From Eubacteriales bacterium (lineage in GTDB: Bacteria; Bacillota; Clostridia; Oscillospirales; CAG-272), in the NCBI GenBank assembly GCA_045655565.1, contig JAZOPN010000062.1:10546-74545 (forward strand): a stretch of 64,000 nt of DNA. The letters run 5' to 3'. Of the stretch, positions 45,076 to 55,464 are shown one piece after another. Positions within the stretch are counted from its first letter, which is position 1; each line of letters begins with the position of its first letter. Made by a program: the position numbers and the translations under genes. The notes under the pieces were generated by a model. That model did not search any database and had not been told where the DNA came from. It saw only the letters and a program-made list of their open reading frames with translations.

Positions 45076-46344
45076 ATGGCTTGCAATTTACCTAAATCCG
45101 GATATGTAGACCTTGTAATCGTGGGCGGTGGCCCTGCCGGAATGGCGGCTGCGGTTTCCGCGCGTGAGGCAGGACTTCAGGACATTCTTATAATAGAGCG
45201 CGATACATCGCTTGGCGGTATATTGAGGCAGTGCATACACAACGGCTTTGGACTACACCGTTTTGGCGAGGAGCTGACAGGCCCCGAGTATGCGTACAGA
45301 TATGAAAAAATGGTCGAGGAAAAGGAAATTTCCTACCTTACCGACACAATGGTAATAGAGGTGGATGGCGAGCGCAGACTTACCGCTATGAGCAAGGAGC
45401 TCGGTGTATTCACTCTTAATTGTGGCGCGATCATCCTCGCTATGGGTTGTCGCGAAAGGCCTCGCGGTGCTCTAAATATTGCGGGTACACGCCCTGCCGG
45501 TGTATATACTGCCGGTACTGCGCAGAAATATGTAAATATGAAGGGATATATGCCAGGTCGTGAGGTCGTTATACTCGGCTCGGGAGATATAGGCCTTATT
45601 ATGGCTAGGCGAATGACGCTCGAGGGAGCTAAGGTTAAGGCGGTTTGCGAACTTATGCCCTACTCGGGTGGTCTTGCAAGAAATATAGAGCAGTGCCTGA
45701 ATGACTTTGATATTCCGCTTCTCCTCTCTCATACTGTAATAGAGATTATGGGCAAAGATAGGGTAACGGGTGTTAAAATTGCAAAGGTTGATGAAAATCG
45801 CAGACCCATCCCCGAGACCACCGAGACCATACCCTGTGATACGCTTTTGCTCTCATGTGGCCTAATACCCGAGAACGAACTAACTAAGGGTGCGGGAATA
45901 ACCCTCGACAGAGTGACAAACGGTGCTGTGGTTGACGGAAGCAGAGAGACCTCGATACCCGGTGTTTTTGCGTGTGGAAATGTACTCCATGTGCACGACC
46001 TTGTCGACTATGTATCCGAGGAGGCGGTTATAGCGGGACGCGCCGCTGTGGACTTTGTGCGCGGAAATACTGTGCGTGACACAGATATAACTCTTCACAC
46101 CGACGGGCGCGTCAGATATACCGTTCCCCAGAGGATAACAAGCCTTGCCGATACAACCGTCTACTTCCGTGTTGCCGATGTATATCGCGACAAGGCGGTA
46201 GTCGTTAAGAGTGGGGGGCGTGTCATATTAAAGCGCAAAAAGCAGAAGCTTGCACCCGGTGAAATGGAGACTGTAAAACTCACGCGTGATATGCTTCTTG
46301 GCGTAACAGATGGCAAAATCGAGCTATCAATTGAGGAGGTGTAA
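45076..46344 (+). CDS. NAD(P)/FAD-dependent pyridine nucleotide-disulfide-type oxidoreductase
   Basis: VDLVIVGGGPAGMAAA and the second dinucleotide fold VVILGSGDIGLIMA are present. It is the middle gene of the conserved GlpA-like / oxidoreductase / DUF1667 trio. Confidence 0.75.
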   Translation: MACNLPKSGYVDLVIVGGGPAGMAAAVSAREAGLQDILIIERDTSLGGILRQCIHNGFGLHRFGEELTGPEYAYRYEKMVEEKEISYLTDTMVIEVDGERRLTAMSKELGVFTLNCGAIILAMGCRERPRGALNIAGTRPAGVYTAGTAQKYVNMKGYMPGREVVILGSGDIGLIMARRMTLEGAKVKAVCELMPYSGGLARNIEQCLNDFDIPLLLSHTVIEIMGKDRVTGVKIAKVDENRRPIPETTETIPCDTLLLSCGLIPENELTKGAGITLDRVTNGAVVDGSRETSIPGVFACGNVLHVHDLVDYVSEEAVIAGRAAVDFVRGNTVRDTDITLHTDGRVRYTVPQRITSLADTTVYFRVADVYRDKAVVVKSGGRVILKRKKQKLAPGEMETVKLTRDMLLGVTDGKIELSIEEV

Positions 46345-46703
46345 TGATGAAAAAAAGAGAATTAACCTGCATCATATGCCCGAGGGGATGCTCGCTTTCC
46401 GTAACCCTCCAAGATAATGGCGAGGTGCTGACGGTAGAGGGCAACGCCTGCCCTAGAGGTGTCGTGTATGCTACCGCAGAGTGCACCAATCCTGTGCGCA
46501 CCGTTACTACTACCATAAGGTGCGATAATGGCGAGGTTTTACCTGTTAAGACTGATAGACCCGTACCCAAATCACGCGTGTTTGATGTTATGGTGGCAAT
46601 AGCGAAAACCGTTGTACCTGCTGATTCTGGGATCGGTGATGTAATAATATCTCGCGTTGCGGACACCGATGCTAATGTAGTGATTACAGGCAAAATGCCG
46701 TAA
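46344..46703 (+). CDS. DUF1667 domain protein
   Basis: LTCIICPRGCSLSV...GNACPRG is present. The start overlaps the previous stop. Confidence 0.8.
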   Translation: MMKKRELTCIICPRGCSLSVTLQDNGEVLTVEGNACPRGVVYATAECTNPVRTVTTTIRCDNGEVLPVKTDRPVPKSRVFDVMVAIAKTVVPADSGIGDVIISRVADTDANVVITGKMP

Positions 46704-46780
46704 TAAAGTAAATAATAGTGGTCAAAAATGTCATTATTTGGCTGATATAAAATAGCGCGAAGGCGCAAAAGAGAATAAAA

Positions 46781-46823
46781 ACAGGACAGAGAATTTCGGG
46801 CTTAGCCTCATTCTCTGTCCTGT
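46781..46823. terminator. Bidirectional terminator
   Basis: A 14-bp stem ACAGGACAGAGAAT / ATTCTCTGTCCTGT, flanked by AAAAA upstream and TTTTTT downstream. Confidence 0.85.
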
Positions 46824-46826
46824 TTT

Positions 46827-49709
46827 TTATAACTCTAGTGTATTGTAGTCTTCAAGAGTATCAAACAGGTTTTTGGGGCCAACTACGGTGTAGGTGGCGT
46901 CCTTGTATGCCTCATCTATTACATCACATATGTTGCGAAGCGACTTTACATCGGTATTTATTATAGAGTGCCACAGCCCTGCATTGAAGCTTGGGGAGTA
47001 GCCTATAAGATAAAACCTTGCTGCATCGGTTGTGTCTAGGTATGGCGTGGATGCTTGCATAAAGTGCGTGCCAAGCGAGCCTATGATGAAGCCCTCGAGG
47101 CTTTCTACCTCATCGAGAATGCTACGCACGTTCGCGGTTGCTTCCCTGAATACCATTATTGATCTTGCAGGCGATGGATCGCGATAAGAATAGTAGAAAC
47201 TACCGCCGCTGCGTAGCCTCGTGTTAAATCCTGTTCCGTATGCACCACCACTAACTCTTATCCTGTCCCACAGAACCATATTGTTCATAATGTTTGCAAT
47301 CACTACATATCCGCCCATATCCTCTCGTCTCTCGCTTGTCGGGATTGTTGTGGCGAGTGTGGCGTATGCAACCTGGGACGACACCGGAATAACCTCGTTG
47401 ACGCGTTTTAGCGTTGCACGCTCGCATCGTTTCTCGATGCGCTTTCCGTCCTTGATTATTGATACGGTTTTGACGGCTGTATCAAGTGCTGACGACCCCA
47501 CTACAATCATAGTGAGGCGGGGGCGTGCCAAGATTTCGCGGTGTATCGACTTCATTTTCTCGATGAGAATTGGCATTAATTCCTTGCCCCGTTCGACATA
47601 TTCTTTTAGCGCGATGTATGCCTCATATCCCGAAATTGCCTCTTTAATTGCCTCGGGCGCACTGTATCTTGCCATTGCGCGTCTGATTGCGTATGAGTGA
47701 CCGCTATTTAATATTCCAATCTTGTGTGCGTGTAGGAGTTGAGACAGTTTTCTTGTAATCTGTTCCTCGTTATCAAATACAATTTTGTATAAATATTCTT
47801 CCAACACCTCGAGCGCGCGCTCTCTGTGCCTATCCAGCGAGGAGAGCTTCACAGTGAAGAATAGACGCTCGCCCTCGTCGTCTTGTATTACATCATAACC
47901 TGTGCTCAGGCTGCCGAGGATGGATTTTGCGATTCGTGAGAATTCGTTTGCGTTGTGCTCTGTTGTGTCTAACTCACTATATACCCTTGCCATAAGCCCG
48001 AGAATGTGAATATCCTCGTTCGGTATATCCGACACATCAAAGAGTAAATCTGTGTAGGTTATACCGCCCGTGTCAACATCGCGAGTAATGGCTGTTACAC
48101 CGTCCAAATCCTTTATTTCCAAAGGAATCTGTGCCGGTGGCTCGCCTATGTCGGATAATGTCAGTCGTGGCAGAGATGACTTTATCTCATCAGTGTCGGG
48201 TGTGGCCTGCCATTGGCGAAATCTCTCGCACCATACCTTGAGCTGCTCCATTCCCCTCTCGCCAAGCTCTGACTTTGCCTCATCAAGCTCCAGCCTTATC
48301 TTTGCCTCGTTTTCTGCCGAGAGCGCCGCGGATGGGCGCAAGATTACAACCGCCCTTTTACCGTTCGTTACCCTCTCTAGTAGATTATTGTAATACTCTG
48401 TTCCTAGTCTTTCTCGCTGCTTTTCATAAATAAATGAATAATTCAGTGCAAGCGATGGGTCAACCCCTGCGTGGTGGAATGAGAGCACAGAGGACATCAT
48501 TCCTATTCCCCTGGGGGTAGAGCCAAAGTCGCACTCTCGATACTTGAATTCACTCAGGTCGATGGTTGCCTCGAGTATGTCATCAGCTATACCGTCTGAC
48601 AAAAGGGCTTTTACGCATTTATCAAAGTGAGAAAGCAGCTCCGCCTCTTTACCATCCTTAACCTCGCTGAACACGATGTCGAGAGAGCCCCATGTGTGAG
48701 GAGCATTTGTGGTAATAGAAACATTTTTGCATAGTCCCGACTCAAGTATCGCGTGCTTTAGCGGTGAGGAATTGCTATCTGCCACCGCGTCTGTAATGAG
48801 CGAAACATCCTCCGGGGTGAAAAGGTAGTCAGCCGTGTCTATATCATAGGATATCCCGATATAGATCTTGTCTTCGGTGTCCTCGCCCTCCGCCATCTCA
48901 TAATACTCTACGGCGGGCGTCTCTATAATCTCGCCTCCACGAAGAATTATGTGCTTTATATCTCGTCTTTCGTATTCGGAAAGATATTCGTCCAAAAGCG
49001 GAAATAAATCATCAATATCGATTCTGCCATCAAGATAGATGCACGCCTCCGACGGATGATAGAACTCGTTATGTGCGCTGACAAAATCCTCATAGGAAAG
49101 AGTAGTAATAGCACCAGGGATGCCACCCGACTCATAGGAATATGTGCCTGAGGGGTACATTTGTCGTGAGAGATACAGGTTTAACAGTTCCATAGGAGAG
49201 GAGAACACACCCTTCATCTCACTATATACTACACCGTTATAGTCGAGGTTTCCGTCATCGTCTATTTCATATCTCCACCCCTCCTGACGGAAGATGTTTT
49301 CGCACTCTAAGGCACGCGGATGAAGCACTGCATCCATATATATATCGACTAGGTTATGGAAGTCTTTTGCGCTTTTACTCGACACGGGGTACACCGTCTT
49401 GTCAGGATAGGTCAGCGCATTGAGGTAGCAGTTGGGAGATGTCTGCATAAGGTCGGTGAATGGCTCTTTCAGTGGAAATTTGCGGGAGCCGCATAGCACC
49501 GAGTGCTCAAGAATATGGAAAACGCCGGTATCATCGGTCGGTGGTGTGGGGAATGATATAGCAAAGGTGCGGCACTCGTCATCGCGATCAATGTATATCA
49601 TTTTTGTGCCACATTTCTCATATTCTAGGATGTACATTGTAGCCTTTGTGTCGATGATTTTCTTCACATCGCGCACTATCCAGCCGTACAATTTATCGTT
49701 TAATTGCAT
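46827..49709 (-). CDS. M16-family (insulinase/PreP-like) zinc metallopeptidase
   Basis: It has the inverted zinc motif HILEHSVLCGS (HxxEH) and is about 960 aa, typical of the PreP/M16C subgroup. Confidence 0.9.
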   Translation of the reverse strand: MQLNDKLYGWIVRDVKKIIDTKATMYILEYEKCGTKMIYIDRDDECRTFAISFPTPPTDDTGVFHILEHSVLCGSRKFPLKEPFTDLMQTSPNCYLNALTYPDKTVYPVSSKSAKDFHNLVDIYMDAVLHPRALECENIFRQEGWRYEIDDDGNLDYNGVVYSEMKGVFSSPMELLNLYLSRQMYPSGTYSYESGGIPGAITTLSYEDFVSAHNEFYHPSEACIYLDGRIDIDDLFPLLDEYLSEYERRDIKHIILRGGEIIETPAVEYYEMAEGEDTEDKIYIGISYDIDTADYLFTPEDVSLITDAVADSNSSPLKHAILESGLCKNVSITTNAPHTWGSLDIVFSEVKDGKEAELLSHFDKCVKALLSDGIADDILEATIDLSEFKYRECDFGSTPRGIGMMSSVLSFHHAGVDPSLALNYSFIYEKQRERLGTEYYNNLLERVTNGKRAVVILRPSAALSAENEAKIRLELDEAKSELGERGMEQLKVWCERFRQWQATPDTDEIKSSLPRLTLSDIGEPPAQIPLEIKDLDGVTAITRDVDTGGITYTDLLFDVSDIPNEDIHILGLMARVYSELDTTEHNANEFSRIAKSILGSLSTGYDVIQDDEGERLFFTVKLSSLDRHRERALEVLEEYLYKIVFDNEEQITRKLSQLLHAHKIGILNSGHSYAIRRAMARYSAPEAIKEAISGYEAYIALKEYVERGKELMPILIEKMKSIHREILARPRLTMIVVGSSALDTAVKTVSIIKDGKRIEKRCERATLKRVNEVIPVSSQVAYATLATTIPTSERREDMGGYVVIANIMNNMVLWDRIRVSGGAYGTGFNTRLRSGGSFYYSYRDPSPARSIMVFREATANVRSILDEVESLEGFIIGSLGTHFMQASTPYLDTTDAARFYLIGYSPSFNAGLWHSIINTDVKSLRNICDVIDEAYKDATYTVVGPKNLFDTLEDYNTLEL

Positions 49710-49907
49710 AATTGCCCCCTAAATCGATTAAAGTAATAGCAGTGATAATAGTATACCACGAGAAAAAGAAAAGGTCAAGCAATGCCGACCTATACTTATT
49801 AAAACTTCTCGCCGGAAGAATGATAACGCAAAAAAATAAGTCCAAAAACGCTTTTATTCGACTGCTTAAGGTGTAATAATCATAGTGCTAAAAAGTCTTT
49901 TGCCCTC

Positions 49908-49936
49908 TTGACAAGGGGGAGTATATAGTGTAAAAT
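49908..49936 (+). promoter_or_regulatory. Sigma-A-type promoter candidate for rubrerythrin
   Basis: TTGACA (49908-49913), a 17-nt spacer, then TAAAAT (49931-49936). Confidence 0.55.
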
Positions 49937-49985
49937 AATGGCAGAGAATATTAATTCTAAAATATAACATATAGGAGAAAATGAA

Positions 49986-50522
49986 ATGAAAGATCTTAGA
50001 GGTACAAAGACCGAGCAGAACCTTATGACCGCTTTTGCAGGCGAGTCTCAGGCTAGAAACAAGTACACCTATTTCGCATCCGTAGCAAAGAAAGAGGGTT
50101 ACGAGCAGATCGCTGCTATCTTCCTCCAGACCGCCGAGAACGAGAAAGAGCACGCTAAGCTCTGGTTCAAGCATCTTGGTGGACTTGGTGATACCGCTCA
50201 GAACCTTGTAGCAGCAGCAGAGGGTGAGAATTATGAGTGGACGGATATGTATGCTAAGTTTGCAGAGGAGGCAGAGGCAGAGGGCTTCACCGCTATCGCA
50301 TTCCAGTTCCGCGCAGTAGCAGCAATCGAGAAGGCTCACGAGGAGAGATACAGAGCGCTTCTCCACAATGTTGAGATGCAGGAAGTATTCGCAAAGGGCG
50401 AAATGACCATGTGGGAGTGCCGCAACTGCGGTCACCTCGTTATGGGAATGAAAGCTCCGGCTGTTTGCCCTGTATGTGCGCATCCGCAGAGCTTCTTCGA
50501 AGTCCGCAAAGAAAACTATTAA
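49986..50522 (+). CDS. rbr: Rubrerythrin
   Basis: [23 protein letters not shown] and [10 protein letters not shown] are the diiron four-helix motifs. WECRNCGH...CPVCAHP is the C-terminal rubredoxin-like domain. Confidence 0.95.
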   Translation: MKDLRGTKTEQNLMTAFAGESQARNKYTYFASVAKKEGYEQIAAIFLQTAENEKEHAKLWFKHLGGLGDTAQNLVAAAEGENYEWTDMYAKFAEEAEAEGFTAIAFQFRAVAAIEKAHEERYRALLHNVEMQEVFAKGEMTMWECRNCGHLVMGMKAPAVCPVCAHPQSFFEVRKENY

Positions 50523-51443
50523 TCGTATCTTTTGCGTATCTTGTGCGAATGTCGCCTAGCTCACCGTAGGTCACTACGGCTTCGGGTTCCGTTCGCGCAA
50601 TCTTCATCAAAATCTACTGATTAATCCCACGCAAAGCCCTGACGAGAGTTGGGGCTTTTCTTTGTATAACGAAAACCACGCGACTGTCGCGTGGTTCTAA
50701 AAAGGTTAACCGATGAATTAAAGTAAAGAAAAATGGGAAAATGCAAACTTCTGTGGACGGGTGAACGCCACTTTAAGCGCAAGGGAAAATGATATAAAAT
50801 GGATATAATTCCCCACTTAGAAAATATAAATGCGCAATAATTGAGGTATTGCCCCCACAAAATCAAATATAATGTTGTATTATCGACAATAAATCCCCAC
50901 ATATTAAAAAATACACTAGGCGATAAGTTTTTGCACCCCGCTTAGGTCAAAAATATGCTGTTTTTAGGTAAATAGCCCCAACGGCGAGCTTTTTTGGTAG
51001 TTTTGCGCTTGCCAATGTATAGATTTTTAAGTAAATTTAGCCATTTTGGGCGGTTTTCTCTCGACTTTGCCTTATATAAAACATTTAGAGAAAATGCACA
51101 AACATTAATCCCAAAATTTTAAAGCGTCATGACTTATTTCTAGGCTTATTTAATTGAAATTAATACCCAATTATGTTAAAATATTTATATAAAATATCCG
51201 GTGTGTGAGCAGATTCTCTTGTTTGCGAATATTTACACCCATCCGCGTGGAGCTCTGTTGCTATTATGTCTTGTGCTCTTTGCCACGAGCATTAAGACCT
51301 CGTACATCTCATCCCCTTGTGATAGAATGCCTGCATACGCATTCCGGTATTTAAGGAATATTGTCAAGATGATAAAACTATTGCGAGTGTGACGGGTATG
51401 CCCTGTGCTATATTCAGCATAAGAAACTAAGGAGATATATAGA

Positions 51444-53129
51444 ATGAAAAACAGTTTAATAATAGCGATAGTGCTACTTCTATCGCTTCTCCTTGTCGCT
51501 TGCACCCCTGCACCCACACCCTGCCCGCCTCACTTTGACGAGGATAGGAACAGCGTCTGCGATAAGTGCGGTGAGGAGTTTGTACCGGGTGATGTCGTGT
51601 CTATACTTGAGGATGTCGACCTCTCCTCGATTAGGTTTAACAAAAAGAATGTAACCTATAATGGCGAGGCGCACTCCATTGCGATACAGGGAGATCTGCC
51701 GACCGGTGTTAGCGTTCGGTATGAGAATAACGATAAGGTGAATGTGGGCGAATACTCTGTTGTTGCTAAGTTCTATTATCATAGCGATACATACAATAAG
51801 GACTACTACATCGATGGCGAGGACAAGACCGCAACCCTCACAATAAAGCGCGCAAAGTACGACCTCTCTAACATCTTCTTCGGCGGTGCATCGGTTGTGT
51901 ATAATGGCGAGGCGCATAGTCTTTCTGTTAAGGGCGCGCTTCCCGATGGAGTTAGCGTATCTTACGATGGAAACGGTAGGAGCGAGGTTGGTGAATACAC
52001 AGTCATTGCGAACTTCGCGGTTGACACAATGAACTATGAGACCCCCGAGGCGCTTGTTGCTAGGTTGAATATAGTTGAAGGCCCTGCATCGCTGGGTGGT
52101 GTCAGGCTCGAGGATAAAATGGTTATGTTTGATGGCGAGTCGCACTCGCTTGAGCTTGTAGCCGAGGGTATAGACCTCAGCGCGGTTACCGTCGTCGAGA
52201 GAGGTAATGATGTTTCTTATATCGGCGAGAATGTCGTTAAGCTCACACTTACCGTCGGTGGCGAGAGCGCGACGCTCGAGGCAAAGCTCATAGTAGAACG
52301 CGGCGAGTTTGTAGGCACAGATGGCTTGGTATATGAGAAGATAGGCGGTCAGATAGTGGTTGTCGGCTATACCGGAAGTGCTAAGTGCGTCGTCATCCCC
52401 GAAAAACACACTGTTAATAATTATCCATATAATGTAGTGAAAATCGCAAACGGCGCATTCGCTGGCAACACTGCGATAGAGTATGTTGTGTTACCAAACA
52501 ATGTTACCACGGTTGGCAATAACGCGTTCCGGGGTTGTACATCTCTTAAGAGAGTTGACCTCGGCAGCTTTGTGACCGGAATCGGAGGTCTCGCATTTGA
52601 CGGATGTGCGCTCGATGATATTGTGCTCCCCGACTCGCTTGTCGCGATAGGAAAGGCAGCACTCCGTGGCAACCCCATAACTAGGATAACCTTACCATTT
52701 ATCGGTGGCAGCGCAGGCTTATCTAATAGCTATCTCGGCTACCTCTTCGGTGCTGATGGCTACGCGGGGAATGCGCTGTATGTCCCCGAGACCCTTACTA
52801 CCGTGGTTCTCTCTGATGTCTGCACGGTCGTGCCTGCATACGCTCTTCGCGACTGCTCTTCTGTTGCCGAGATTATCCTTGGCAAGAATACGAGTAAGAT
52901 AGGTATATCCGCATTTGAGGGTACATCTATTACCGAGATATTCCTACCCGCCAGTGTTGTCGCGATACCCGCTGCGGCATATAATTATAACTCTCCGTTC
53001 TATAACACATCGAAAGACCTCGTTATTAGGCTTGAGGCATCATCCCTGCCTTCCGGCTATGGTGCTATGTGGTGTGTTATCGACAAGACCGGTGCTACCG
53101 CTACGGTAGAATACGGCAAAACCAGATAA
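51444..53129 (+). CDS. Surface lipoprotein with repeated MBG-like modules and BspA-type leucine-rich repeats
   Basis: It has the lipobox LLLVA|C and three modules with YNGEAHS...GVSV.Y...VGEY.V.A.F. The LRR block is IANGAFAGNTAIEYVVLPNNVTTVGNNAFRGCTSLKRVDL... Confidence 0.75.
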   Translation: MKNSLIIAIVLLLSLLLVACTPAPTPCPPHFDEDRNSVCDKCGEEFVPGDVVSILEDVDLSSIRFNKKNVTYNGEAHSIAIQGDLPTGVSVRYENNDKVNVGEYSVVAKFYYHSDTYNKDYYIDGEDKTATLTIKRAKYDLSNIFFGGASVVYNGEAHSLSVKGALPDGVSVSYDGNGRSEVGEYTVIANFAVDTMNYETPEALVARLNIVEGPASLGGVRLEDKMVMFDGESHSLELVAEGIDLSAVTVVERGNDVSYIGENVVKLTLTVGGESATLEAKLIVERGEFVGTDGLVYEKIGGQIVVVGYTGSAKCVVIPEKHTVNNYPYNVVKIANGAFAGNTAIEYVVLPNNVTTVGNNAFRGCTSLKRVDLGSFVTGIGGLAFDGCALDDIVLPDSLVAIGKAALRGNPITRITLPFIGGSAGLSNSYLGYLFGADGYAGNALYVPETLTTVVLSDVCTVVPAYALRDCSSVAEIILGKNTSKIGISAFEGTSITEIFLPASVVAIPAAAYNYNSPFYNTSKDLVIRLEASSLPSGYGAMWCVIDKTGATATVEYGKTR

Positions 53130-53136
53130 ACAAAAA

Positions 53137-53170
53137 GGCAAATCAGTTTCGCTGATTTGCCTTTTCTCTT
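53137..53170 (+). terminator. Intrinsic terminator
   Basis: A 10-bp stem GGCAAATCAG / CTGATTTGCC, followed by TTTTCTCTT. Confidence 0.8.
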
Positions 53171-53226
53171 CGTAAAAAACAAAGTTGTTGAAGCCTGAGT
53201 AGATGATGAGGTTTACGCCTTATACA

Positions 53227-53898
53227 CTACCGCTTTTCCACAATCTCTTGAGCGCTCTTATAAATTGAGTTTTTGGGTATAAAGCCACGCACCATAGATA
53301 AAGGATAGATGTTGGTCTGTCTTGATACGATAGTGCCCGGGTTGAGAACACTTCCGCATCCGACCTCGACCAGGTCTGCAAGAATTGCACCAAATTTCCT
53401 AAGACCAGTCTCTATTCTTTTGCCATCTATCCAGATTGTGACATTAGTTTTGTCACTCTTTACATTTGATGTGACAGCCCCGGCGCCCATATGCGACCTA
53501 AATCCTAGTATTGAGTCGCCGATATAGTTGAAGTGGGGTACCTGCGCCCCGTCAAAAAGTATACAGTTTTTGAGCTCGGTTGAGTTACCGACAACAGCGC
53601 CTCTGCCGACCAAGGCCGAGCCACGAATGAAGGCGGAGTGCCTGATTTCTGCCCCCTCCATTATGATTGTAGGCCCTGCGATATAGGCGGTGGGGGCAAT
53701 GCTTGCTTTCTTTGATACCCAAATACCCGTGTCGAGTTTTTCATACTCTTCCTCGGACAGAGATTCCCCAATTTCGAGGATTATATCCTTGATTTTCGGT
53801 ATAACCTCCCAGGGGTATTTGTATTTCAGGATATAGGAGTATGCGATGCTTGCGTCTTCCTCTTGGAATAACTCTCTTGTGGTTAGCTCACGCATCAC
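53227..53898 (-). CDS. Left-handed beta-helix (hexapeptide) acyltransferase resembling the GlmU C-terminal domain only
   Basis: The hexapeptide repeats are IAGPTIIMEGAEIRHSAFIRGSALVGRGAVVGNSTELKNCILFDGAQVPHFNYIGDSILG. There is no nucleotidyltransferase domain. The start overlaps the glmM stop by 4 nt. Confidence 0.6.
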   Translation of the reverse strand: MMRELTTRELFQEEDASIAYSYILKYKYPWEVIPKIKDIILEIGESLSEEEYEKLDTGIWVSKKASIAPTAYIAGPTIIMEGAEIRHSAFIRGSALVGRGAVVGNSTELKNCILFDGAQVPHFNYIGDSILGFRSHMGAGAVTSNVKSDKTNVTIWIDGKRIETGLRKFGAILADLVEVGCGSVLNPGTIVSRQTNIYPLSMVRGFIPKNSIYKSAQEIVEKR

Positions 53899-55241
53899 AC
53901 CAACCCCACCTTTCGCCTTATCACGCTGGCAACGGTCTCTGCCATCTCCCTTGATATCTCGTCGCTTTCTGCCTCGACCATAACTCTGACGAGTGGCTCT
54001 GTTCCGCTCTTTCTAAGGAGTAGTCTGCCACCGTCACCGAGCCTCTCTTCTACCGTTTTCGCGGCGAGGCGCACCTCGGGGTCCTCTATGACCGCCTTAT
54101 CCTCTGTTCTGATGTTTATTAGCACTTGTGGGAACATTTTGACCGGGGAGGCGAGCTTCGATAGCGGTAGCTTTGCCTTTATAACCGCTTCCATAACCTT
54201 TATCGCGGTTAGGATGCCGTCACCTGTGGTAGCGTATTTTGAGAGGATGGTGTGCCCCGATTGCTCACCGCCCAGCACATATCCCGACTCTCGCATTCTC
54301 TCCGCCACATATCTGTCGCCCACCGCGGTCTTCTCGTAGGCTATCCCCGCCGCATCGAGCGCACGGTATAATCCAAGATTTGACATAACGGTTGTGACAA
54401 CTGTGTTGCCGTGTAGTTCACCCGCTGCCATCATAGAGCGAGCCAGAATGTAGATTATGTGGTCACCGTTAACCACATTACCGCATTCGTCGACAGCGAT
54501 ACATCTGTCTGCATCACCGTCGAAGGCGAAGCCTATGTCTGCCTTTACCTCTCTAACATACTTCGAGAGGTTCTCAATGTGTGTCGAGCCGACACCATCG
54601 TTGATATTCCTGCCGTTTGGCTCAACGCCAACAGCGTGTACTCGTGCGCCGAGTGCCTCGAATACCGATTTTGCTATCATCCACGCGCCACCGTTAGCGC
54701 AGTCGAGCGCCACATTGTAGTCGCGGAATGAGTGACGTGATAACGATATCAGATAGCCGATATATCTGTTTCTACCTGCGTAATAATCGACAATCTCGCC
54801 CACATCACATCCTGTGGCAGGCGATGGCAGAAGCTTCTTGTCGTCCATCATCCTCTCTATCTCGTCTATCACTGCGTCCGACAGCTTTTCGCCGCGTGTA
54901 TCCACAACCTTGATGCCGTTATCGTAGTAGGGGTTGTGGCTCGCCGATATCATAATTCCGATATCGAACCCGTCATTCACAGTAACATATGACACGCTTG
55001 GCGTCGTTGTAACGTGGAGCATATGCGCATCAGCTCCAGCCGATGCCAGTCCAGATGCTATCGCATACTCCAGCATATAGCTTGACCGCCTAGTGTCTTT
55101 GCCGATGACCGCCCTTGTGCGTCTGCCGTCATCTCTCTTAAAATATGAGCCGAGCACCTGCCCTAGTCTGAACGCGTGCTCTGCGGTGAGGACTACCCCT
55201 GCCTCTCCGCGAAATCCGTCTGTACCAAAATATTTACCCAA
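53895..55241 (-). CDS. glmM: Phosphoglucosamine mutase
   Basis: KYFGTDGFRGEAG and the phosphoserine loop SASHNPYYDNGIK are present. I prefer the TTG start at 55241 (7 nt after GAAAGGAA). It gives 449 aa, the usual GlmM size, whereas the track ORF adds 64 implausible residues. Confidence 0.9.
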   Translation of the reverse strand: MGKYFGTDGFRGEAGVVLTAEHAFRLGQVLGSYFKRDDGRRTRAVIGKDTRRSSYMLEYAIASGLASAGADAHMLHVTTTPSVSYVTVNDGFDIGIMISASHNPYYDNGIKVVDTRGEKLSDAVIDEIERMMDDKKLLPSPATGCDVGEIVDYYAGRNRYIGYLISLSRHSFRDYNVALDCANGGAWMIAKSVFEALGARVHAVGVEPNGRNINDGVGSTHIENLSKYVREVKADIGFAFDGDADRCIAVDECGNVVNGDHIIYILARSMMAAGELHGNTVVTTVMSNLGLYRALDAAGIAYEKTAVGDRYVAERMRESGYVLGGEQSGHTILSKYATTGDGILTAIKVMEAVIKAKLPLSKLASPVKMFPQVLINIRTEDKAVIEDPEVRLAAKTVEERLGDGGRLLLRKSGTEPLVRVMVEAESDEISREMAETVASVIRRKVGLV

Positions 55242-55464
55242 TCGGTAATTCCTTTCTGTATCGTTCTCCTTCTTATTATATCCACAAACTCGTTTGACGA
55301 CACAAGGGATGAAAAAATCCGTCACACCGAGGGACGAAGCCTCTCTACCCGTCCATAGGACCTTGCGTCCCTGGCGAGGGTAATATGAGGCAACACCAAC
55401 CCGCCGTACTTGGGTAGTGACGACGAGGGGCAACCCGAAAGAAGGAATGTATTAGTGCGATATT

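Noticed and set aside
50621-50902. A 93-aa minus-strand ORF in the 0.9-kb gene-free region.
   Set aside because: It has no RBS and an odd composition (W/F/Y/L-rich), and it spans the periodic motif array. It is probably not coding.
50811-51020. A possible CRISPR array, suggested by the periodic motifs.
   Set aside because: The period is only ~41-42 bp, the conserved part of each unit is under 20 nt and degenerate, there are no cas genes, and there is no repeat/spacer alternation.
55242-55433. A 64-residue N-terminal extension of glmM in the ORF track (start at 55433).
   Set aside because: The extra peptide (MPLVVTTQVRRVGVASYYPRQGRKVLW...) has no resemblance to GlmM or to a normal protein. 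A TTG with a GAAAGGAA RBS sits exactly where GlmM proteins begin (LGKYFGTDGFRG). I treat the region as a leader RNA.
55242-55460. A possible glmS ribozyme or c-di-AMP (ydaO) riboswitch upstream of glmM.
   Set aside because: I could not find the glmS core (AGCGCC..GACGAGG..AUCGAAUUUUCGGCGGAUGCC..) or the ydaO hallmarks by eye, and glmS ribozymes precede glmS rather than glmM. I kept it only as an unassigned structured leader.
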